From an uncultured Eggerthellaceae bacterium (GTDB lineage: Bacteria > Actinomycetota > Coriobacteriia > Coriobacteriales > Eggerthellaceae), in assembly GCA_947565185.1 (NCBI GenBank), contig CANODU010000002.1:27357-91356 (forward strand): DNA of 64,000 bases, read 5' to 3'. This document shows, one piece after another, positions 57,928 to 64,000 of this stretch. The position numbers and the translations under genes are program-made. Numbering within the stretch: the stretch's first letter is position 1; every line of letters starts with the position of its first letter. The notes below the pieces were generated by a model. That model was given only the letters and a program-made list of their open reading frames with translations, was not told where the DNA came from and ran no database searches.

Positions 57928-59517
57928 ATGGATCAACCGAAACTGACTCGCCGAGGATTCCTAGCAGGAACCGCAGCCACTGGTGCAGCAGCTGCGCTCG
58001 CACTCTCTGGGTGCGGCTCATCCGGCTCATCCAGCTCTGCAAGCTCACAGGCAGCCGAGGGCACGGCAGCAGCTGAGGCCATCACCGCAGCGTGCGCGTA
58101 CACGTCCACGAACTGCAACCCCATCGGCAACAGCTCCGCGCTCATGCTGGCAGCCACCTGGCACGTATTCGAAGGCCTCTATGATCTGGACCTCCACAAC
58201 TACACCACCTACACGGCTCTGGCCGCGGGGGATCCGGTGAAGGTCACTGACACCGAATATGAGGTCACGCTGCGCGACGGTGCGCTGTTCTCCGACGGCT
58301 CGCCGGTCACCACCGCTGACGTCGTGAACTCCTTCCAGGCCAACATGGCCGATGACACCTACGGCGCATTCCTGTCCTTCATCGACACCGTCGCCGCCAA
58401 GGATGACACCACGGTCACCTTCACGCTGAAGTACCCCTTTGAGTCTCTGCTCAAGGGTCGTCTATCCGTGGTCAAGGTCTTCCCCGCCGCTCTCACCGAA
58501 GACCAGCTGAAGACCATGCCCATCGGCTCTGGCCCCTGGATGTATGAGAACATCAACGGTGACGAGGGTGGCCACATCACGTTCGTCCCGAACCCGAACT
58601 ACAACGGCACCATGCCGGCCACCTGCCAGTCCATGGATTGGTCTGTCATCCTGGACAACACCTCCCGCACCACCGCCATCACCGACGGATCCGTGCTGGC
58701 CATCGAGAACGTCCCGGACACCAATGCTGACCAGATCGCCGGCTCTGGCGCCACCGTGGAATATGTCCCCGGCTTCGCGCTGCCCTTCCTCATGTTCAAC
58801 ACGAAGAAGGCACCGTTCGACGATCCGCGCGTGCGCCAGGCATTCTTCTATGCCATCGACGTTGAGAAGCTCATCGCCAACCAGATGGACGGCCATGCGG
58901 CTCCTGCCACCTCCTTCCTGCCTGAGGCCTACGAGAACTATCATCGCGCCTCTACGGTCTACACCCATGACGTGGACAAGGCCAAGGCGCTCCTTGCCGA
59001 GGCGAACCAGCCCTCCATCACCTGCGAGCTCATGGTCAACAACAACTGGGTATCCTCGCTGGCTGCGCAGATCAAGGAAGACCTGGCTGCTGCAGGCATC
59101 GAAGTGACCATCAACGAGACGAAGATCGACTGGGCTTCCCTTGCACCGTCTGAGAGCATCCTGCCCTACGATGTCATGCTCACCCCGGGCGACCCGTCCT
59201 GCTTCGGCAATGACCCTGACCTGCTCATGACCTGGTGGTACGGCGACAACGTGTGGACCCAGGGCCGCTCTTGCTGGAACACCACTCCTGAGTGGGCTGA
59301 GCTCCAGATGATGCTCCAGCAGGCTCGCGAAGCTGCTGACCCGGCACAGCAGCAGGAGATCTGGAACCAGTGCTTCGACCTCTTGGCTGAGAACGTGCCG
59401 CTGTATCCGCTGTTCCATCGCGAGACCGGTACGGCTTACATGGCCGAGAAGCTGGAGGACTTCGCTCCCATCTCCACCACGGGCCTCGTGTTCCTCGGCA
59501 CCACGCCTCTGGAGTAA
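57928..59517 (+). CDS. ABC transporter substrate-binding lipoprotein, family 5 (peptide/nickel/opine type); candidate sialic-acid (SAT2-like) binding protein
   Basis: Tat-like RRGFLAG plus the lipobox LSGC. SBP_bac_5-type body. SD GGAGGGA lies 3 nt before the ATG. Confidence 0.8.
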   Translation: MDQPKLTRRGFLAGTAATGAAAALALSGCGSSGSSSSASSQAAEGTAAAEAITAACAYTSTNCNPIGNSSALMLAATWHVFEGLYDLDLHNYTTYTALAAGDPVKVTDTEYEVTLRDGALFSDGSPVTTADVVNSFQANMADDTYGAFLSFIDTVAAKDDTTVTFTLKYPFESLLKGRLSVVKVFPAALTEDQLKTMPIGSGPWMYENINGDEGGHITFVPNPNYNGTMPATCQSMDWSVILDNTSRTTAITDGSVLAIENVPDTNADQIAGSGATVEYVPGFALPFLMFNTKKAPFDDPRVRQAFFYAIDVEKLIANQMDGHAAPATSFLPEAYENYHRASTVYTHDVDKAKALLAEANQPSITCELMVNNNWVSSLAAQIKEDLAAAGIEVTINETKIDWASLAPSESILPYDVMLTPGDPSCFGNDPDLLMTWWYGDNVWTQGRSCWNTTPEWAELQMMLQQAREAADPAQQQEIWNQCFDLLAENVPLYPLFHRETGTAYMAEKLEDFAPISTTGLVFLGTTPLE

Positions 59518-59556
59518 GAGAGCCTCGCGCTGTTCGAACAGCAAGCATATCGTCAC

Positions 59557-59585
59557 GAAAGAGCTCGCACCTTGCGAGCTCTTTC
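59557..59585 (+). terminator. 12-bp stem-loop after the binding-protein gene (intra-operon attenuator or terminator)
   Basis: gaaagagctcgc-acctt-gcgagctctttc, followed by tcttg. Confidence 0.55.
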
Positions 59586-59674
59586 TCTTGCATGAGGCCA
59601 AGCCATGGGCCCTTCATGGGGTACACTGATGCCCATGTGATCAGCATCTGCAAGCGTCGAGAGAGGAGGGGACC

Positions 59675-60622
59675 GTGAACAACCTATTGAGACTCATCGG
59701 CAACCGCATACTCTGGCTGCCCGTGATGATCCTCGGTGTCACCATCCTTGTTTTCTTCATCATGTCGCTCTCGCCCATCGACCCTGCTTACTCGGTCCTT
59801 GGCGAGAACGCCACCGAAGCCCAGGCGCAAGCCTACCGAGAGGAATACGGGCTGAATGATCCCATCATCGTCCAGTATGGCAACTTCATGTTGGGCATGT
59901 TCCAAGGGGATCTGGGGAGCTACGGAGCTTCGCGCATGAGCGTTTCCGAACGCGTCATGGAGGCGCTGCCGGTCACGCTGCAGCTCACGTTCCTCGGCCT
60001 CCTCTTCGGCGTGGTCGTCGCCCTCATCCTGGGCGTCGTATCAGCGCTGTATCGCGACAAATGGCCGGATCAGATCATCCGCGTCTTCTCCATCGCCTGC
60101 ATCGCAACGCCATCCTTCTGGCTTGCCGTGCTGCTCATCTTAGCATTTCAGGGTATCCTGCCTGCATCGGGCAAGCTCCCGGATTTCACGGTCGACCCGG
60201 GTGGCTGGTTCCAGCGCATGCTGCTCCCTGCCATCTCGCTCGGCGTGCCCGTCGCTGGCCAGCTTACGCGCGTTGTCCGCACATCCATGGTCGAAGAGCT
60301 CGATAAGGACTATGTGCGCACAGCGCTCGGCTTTGGCATCCCGAAGGCGGTCGTCGTCGCGCGCAACGTGCTTCGCAATGCGCTCATCACGCCTGTCACG
60401 GTGTTGGGCCTGCGCATCGGATACCTCATCGGCGGCGCTGTCATCATCGAGGTCATCTTCAACTTACCCGGCATGGGCATGGCCATCGTGTCTGGCATCC
60501 AATCGAATTACCTCTATCTGGTGCAAGGAGTCGTGCTCACCGTAGCCATCGCCTTCATCATCATCAACATCATCGTAGACATGCTCTACATCCTCATCGA
60601 CCCCCGGATCAGGAGCGTGTAG
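59675..60622 (+). CDS. ABC transporter permease (DppB/OppB type)
   Basis: 315 aa BPD_transp_1 permease with about 6 TM helices. GTG start after GGAGGGG. Confidence 0.88.
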   Translation: MNNLLRLIGNRILWLPVMILGVTILVFFIMSLSPIDPAYSVLGENATEAQAQAYREEYGLNDPIIVQYGNFMLGMFQGDLGSYGASRMSVSERVMEALPVTLQLTFLGLLFGVVVALILGVVSALYRDKWPDQIIRVFSIACIATPSFWLAVLLILAFQGILPASGKLPDFTVDPGGWFQRMLLPAISLGVPVAGQLTRVVRTSMVEELDKDYVRTALGFGIPKAVVVARNVLRNALITPVTVLGLRIGYLIGGAVIIEVIFNLPGMGMAIVSGIQSNYLYLVQGVVLTVAIAFIIINIIVDMLYILIDPRIRSV

Positions 60623-60624
60623 CC

Positions 60625-62766
60625 ATGACTGACCAAGGACCAAAGCTCACCACCCATGTGGATGATGCCAACCGCGACGAGATGCTTGCCCAAGGAGCTG
60701 GCGGCAGCGGGCCTGCGCCTTCCCTGAGCGATCCGGTCCTGCGCGAGAAGACCACCAAGAAGCTGGAAGGCAAGGTGCGCTTCCGCCGTTGGAAGTCCAT
60801 GACCATCGGTGCGCGCATATCGCTCGTGGTGCTCGTCATCATCGTGCTCGTTGCCATCTTCGCGAACTTCTTGGCGCCTCATAATCCCTATGAGATCTTC
60901 ACTGCACGCCAAGCACCTGATGCCACCTTCCCCTTCGGCACGGATGATAAGGGCCGAGACGTGCTCTCGCGCATGATGTATGGCGCACGCTATTCGCTCG
61001 TCATCGGCTTGGGCGCCACCATCTTCGCGCTCATCTTCGGCTCCATCATCGGCTCTCTGGCTGCCGTTGTGCGCTCGTGGCTCTCGAACCTGATCATGCG
61101 CATCTTGGACATCATCATGTCCTTCCCGGGCATCGCCCTTGCTGCCACGTTCGTCATCGTGTTCGGCAATTCGGTGCCATCGCTCATCTTCGCTATCGGC
61201 TTTCTGTATATCCCGCAGATCGCGCGCATCGTCCGTGCGAATGTGATGAGCGAATACAACCAGGACTATGTCCGAGCCGTGATCGTCTCGGGTGCCCGTG
61301 CGAACTGGATCTTGGTGAAGCACGTCATCCGGAACTGCATCGCACCGGTGCTCGTATTCACCATCGTGTTGGTGGCAGACGCCATCGTGTTCGAGGCATC
61401 GCTGTCATTCATCTCAGCAGGCATCCCTGAGCCCACCCCCACGTGGGGCAACATCTTGGCCGACGCTCGCGACGGCGTGCTCGCCGGTCGCTGGTGGCAG
61501 GCGCTCTTCCCCGGACTTGCCATCATGATCACGGTGCTTTGCCTGAACATCTTCTCTGAGGGCATCACCGACGCCATGGCAGCCCCTGCGAAGGCTCCCG
61601 TGGCCGCGGGCGACGACAAGCTCGCTGGCAGCCGTGAAGCTGACCGCATGGTCGCTGACCCGAAGCTGGCCTACGCCGCTCAGGCTGAGATGCTAGAGAA
61701 GAGGTTGGCGGCGCTGCGCGAGATGGAAACCAAGCGCACGGATCGCTTCAGCGCCAAGACCGATGTGCCACCCATCCTCGAGGTCAAAGACCTCTGCATC
61801 CAGTTCCCCCGCCACGGCGATGTGAATGTGGTCGACCACGTGAGCTTCGTCGTACGCCCGCGCCAGACCATGGGACTGGTGGGCGAATCCGGCTGCGGCA
61901 AATCCATCACCTCCCTTGCCATCATGGGACTGCTGGATAAGAAGGCGAAGATCTCTGGCGAGATCATCTACAACGGCCAGAACCTCCTTGAGCTCTCGGA
62001 GCGTCAGATGAATCAGCTCCGCGGCAAGGAGATCGCCATGATCTACCAAGACGCGCTCTCATCGCTGAATCCCTCTATGCTCATCAAGTCACAGATGAAG
62101 CAGCTCACCAAGCGCGGTGGCACCCGCAGTGCGGAGGAGCTGCTGGAGCTCGTCGGCCTGGATCCGAAGCGCACGCTGGATTCCTATCCTCATGAGCTCT
62201 CAGGTGGTCAGCGCCAGCGCGTTCTCATCGCCATGGCGCTCACGCGCGACCCGAAGGTCATCATCGCTGACGAGCCTACCACTGCCTTGGACGTGACCGT
62301 CCAGAAGCAGGTCGTGGATCTTCTGAACCGCCTGCAAGAGGAGCTCGGATTCGCTATGGTGTTCGTGAGCCATGACTTGGCTCTCGTGGCAGAAGTAGCC
62401 AATTCCATCACCGTCATGTACGCAGGGCAGGTGGTCGAGCAGGGCCCTGTCGTGGAGATCCTCACCAAGCCCATCCACGAATACACGCGTGGCCTTTTGG
62501 GTTCGGTGCTCTCCATCGAAGCGGGCGGAGACCGCCTGCATCAGGTACCTGGCTCTGTTCCCTCGCCGAAGGACTTCCCCGAGGGCGACCGCTTCACACC
62601 GCGCTCCAGCCATCCGGAGAAGGTCTCTCCTGCTCGCCCAGTGCTCAAGCGTGCAGGAGACACGGATCACTATTACGCAGAGCTGCCTGATGATGAGCTG
62701 GATAAGCTGGGCATCCAGCCTTACGCGCCAGGTGGCCCCATCGAGTGGACGGACAAGCTATCATGA
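60625..62766 (+). CDS. fused ABC permease (DppC type) and ATP-binding protein (DppD type)
   Basis: 713 aa. The N-terminal roughly 335 aa are a membrane permease. A linker of about 60 aa follows, then the ATPase with Walker A GESGCGKS, signature LSGGQRQRV, Walker B IIADEPTTALD and an oligopeptide-type C-terminal domain. Confidence 0.88.
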   Translation: MTDQGPKLTTHVDDANRDEMLAQGAGGSGPAPSLSDPVLREKTTKKLEGKVRFRRWKSMTIGARISLVVLVIIVLVAIFANFLAPHNPYEIFTARQAPDATFPFGTDDKGRDVLSRMMYGARYSLVIGLGATIFALIFGSIIGSLAAVVRSWLSNLIMRILDIIMSFPGIALAATFVIVFGNSVPSLIFAIGFLYIPQIARIVRANVMSEYNQDYVRAVIVSGARANWILVKHVIRNCIAPVLVFTIVLVADAIVFEASLSFISAGIPEPTPTWGNILADARDGVLAGRWWQALFPGLAIMITVLCLNIFSEGITDAMAAPAKAPVAAGDDKLAGSREADRMVADPKLAYAAQAEMLEKRLAALREMETKRTDRFSAKTDVPPILEVKDLCIQFPRHGDVNVVDHVSFVVRPRQTMGLVGESGCGKSITSLAIMGLLDKKAKISGEIIYNGQNLLELSERQMNQLRGKEIAMIYQDALSSLNPSMLIKSQMKQLTKRGGTRSAEELLELVGLDPKRTLDSYPHELSGGQRQRVLIAMALTRDPKVIIADEPTTALDVTVQKQVVDLLNRLQEELGFAMVFVSHDLALVAEVANSITVMYAGQVVEQGPVVEILTKPIHEYTRGLLGSVLSIEAGGDRLHQVPGSVPSPKDFPEGDRFTPRSSHPEKVSPARPVLKRAGDTDHYYAELPDDELDKLGIQPYAPGGPIEWTDKLS

Positions 62767-63749
62767 CGAACAAGTTGAATACGCAGGCCGAAGAGGCCCT
62801 GGAAGCCGCCGCTCACATGGATCCAGAACTGATCGAAGAGCTTCATGAAGAAGTTGCTGGCAGCGCAGCGGATCCGGAAGCCATAGAGCGCGAACAGGCT
62901 CAGGTAGCAGCATCAGAAGCCGCTGAAGCGGCTAAGCATGAGGGGCAGACGCCCATCATCTTCCTTGATGACATCAAGGTCACGTTCAAGACGCGCACGG
63001 GCTCCATCATCCATCCGAACCTCGTCCACGCGGTCCGAGGACTCACCTTGAAGCTCTGGCCCGGCGAGACCATCGGCATCGTCGGCGAATCCGGATGCGG
63101 CAAATCCACGACCGCCAATGTCATGTGCGGCTTGCAGAAGCCCACGTCCGGACGCGTCTTCTTCAAGGGCAAGGATGTCACCAATAGAACGGCAGCCGAT
63201 CGCCGTACCATCGGACGCGTCATCTCCGTCGTCTTCCAAGACCCGGCAACGGCGCTGAACGCGCGCATGACCGTCCATGACCAGCTCATGGACCCGATGA
63301 TCGTCCATAAGGTGGGCACACCGCAAGAGCGCGAAGAGCGCGTGCACGACCTCATCGGCATGGTCGGTCTCCCTGAATCTGCTCTTGACGCGCTCCCCAG
63401 CCAGCTCTCTGGCGGTCAGCGTCAGCGCGTGGCCATCGCCCGTGCGTTGTCGCTCAAACCCGACGCCATCATCGCTGACGAGCCCACCAGCGCTCTTGAC
63501 GTCTCTGTCCGCGCCCAGATCCTGAATCTGCTCATGGATCTCAAGAAAGAGCTCAACCTTGCCATGGTGTTCATCAGCCATGACATCCAAACGGTGCGCT
63601 ATATCTCTGACAGGATCATCGTCATGAACGGTGGCTTGGCGGTAGAGGAAGGCTCCGCCACAGATATCTTCAATGACCCGAAGGATGACTACACCAAGCT
63701 GCTCCTTGGTGCTGCTCCTTCCCTGCTCCATCCTGACCTCGGCGAATAG
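62763..63749 (+). CDS. ABC transporter ATP-binding protein (DppF/OppF type) with an acidic N-terminal extension
   Basis: Walker A GESGCGKST, signature LSGGQRQRV and Walker B IIADEPTSALD. The start is an ATGA overlap with the preceding stop. Confidence 0.88.
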   Translation: MTNKLNTQAEEALEAAAHMDPELIEELHEEVAGSAADPEAIEREQAQVAASEAAEAAKHEGQTPIIFLDDIKVTFKTRTGSIIHPNLVHAVRGLTLKLWPGETIGIVGESGCGKSTTANVMCGLQKPTSGRVFFKGKDVTNRTAADRRTIGRVISVVFQDPATALNARMTVHDQLMDPMIVHKVGTPQEREERVHDLIGMVGLPESALDALPSQLSGGQRQRVAIARALSLKPDAIIADEPTSALDVSVRAQILNLLMDLKKELNLAMVFISHDIQTVRYISDRIIVMNGGLAVEEGSATDIFNDPKDDYTKLLLGAAPSLLHPDLGE

Positions 63750-63760
63750 GAGTCACGCAG

Positions 63761-64000
63761 ATGCCCATGTACGATACGGACCTGAAACGATTCTCCGGCG
63801 TCATCCCGCCGGTCATCATCCCGCTCAAGGGTGACCGGACGCTCGATCGCGAGGCGTTCGCGGTCAGCATCAACCGCATGATCGATGCCGGTGTTACGGG
63901 CCTGTTCTTCTTGGGCTCCAGCGGCGAAGTCGTCTTCTTGACCGACGAGCAACGCCTTGAGGTCCTTGAGGTGGCCCTTGAGATCGTCGATGGCCGCGTC
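63761..64000 (+). CDS. DapA/NanA-family class I aldolase (dihydrodipicolinate synthase / N-acetylneuraminate lyase family), N-terminal fragment
   Basis: Own translation gives MPMYDTDLKRFSGVIPPVIIPLKGDRTLDREAFAVSINRMIDAGVTGLFFLGSSGEVVFLTDEQRLEVLEVALEIVDGRV. The GxxGE motif region is typical of the family. The ORF is open to the window edge, so it is absent from the ORF track. Confidence 0.75.
   Translation, partial: MPMYDTDLKRFSGVIPPVIIPLKGDRTLDREAFAVSINRMIDAGVTGLFFLGSSGEVVFLTDEQRLEVLEVALEIVDGRV

Noticed and set aside
58462-59601. 379-aa minus-strand ORF.
   Set aside because: It is the antisense shadow of the ABC binding-protein gene.

Overview
This is a high-GC, almost fully coding chromosomal core segment with about 62 protein genes, roughly three quarters on the minus strand. 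I saw no rRNA, tRNA, CRISPR array, transposase, integrase or prophage signature, and no recognisable defence island.

By inference only, the gene content and synteny look like an anaerobic Gram-positive Actinomycetota, possibly Coriobacteriia-like. Supporting points are the Bacillus/actinobacterial blocks accC-asp23-nusB-xseB-dxs and rplU-rpmA-obg-proBA-nadD-yqeK-rsfS, secA-prfB, ftsEX, a Rho with a long N-terminal tail, desulfoferrodoxin and a four-subunit 2-oxoacid:ferredoxin oxidoreductase.

Gene order, left to right:
- dxs (partial), xseB, nusB, asp23, biotin carboxylase plus a carboxyltransferase-BCCP fusion
- efp, rnr, an S41 protease, ftsXE, split transketolase, prfB, secA
- an 866-aa NTPase/SARP-type regulator
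- rsfS-yqeK-nadD-proA-proB-obg-rpmA-rplU
- polA, an atypical OmpR-type regulator co-transcribed with glnA, rpmE, dfx, lgt
- three small Cys-motif proteins, an LCP protein, murA, tsf, rpsB, a SRAP peptidase
- a MetRS-like ligase, sppA, rho, tal/fsa
- a divergent AGE-epimerase/sugar-kinase operon convergent with nagA
- ruvBAC, a PucR-type regulator, a small ORF with tandem hairpin repeats, a 2-hydroxyacid dehydrogenase, CIRCE-hsp20, porCDAB
- a family-5 ABC importer with a fused permease-ATPase, followed by a DapA/NanA-family lyase (partial)

I did not find a clear-cut new multi-gene system. The most unusual items:
1. An orphan regulator with inverted SARP architecture.
2. An RF2 carrying Ser-Pro-Thr instead of Ser-Pro-Phe.
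3. obg, which can only keep its conserved N-terminus if it starts at a non-canonical ATC codon right after a terminator.
4. A trio of small Cys-motif genes.
5. A split, Bacteroides-style sialic-acid/ManNAc route with a SAT2-like transporter.
6. Tandem roughly 60-nt hairpin repeats overlapping the stop codon of a small ORF.

All family assignments come from reading the translations. No database search was run.
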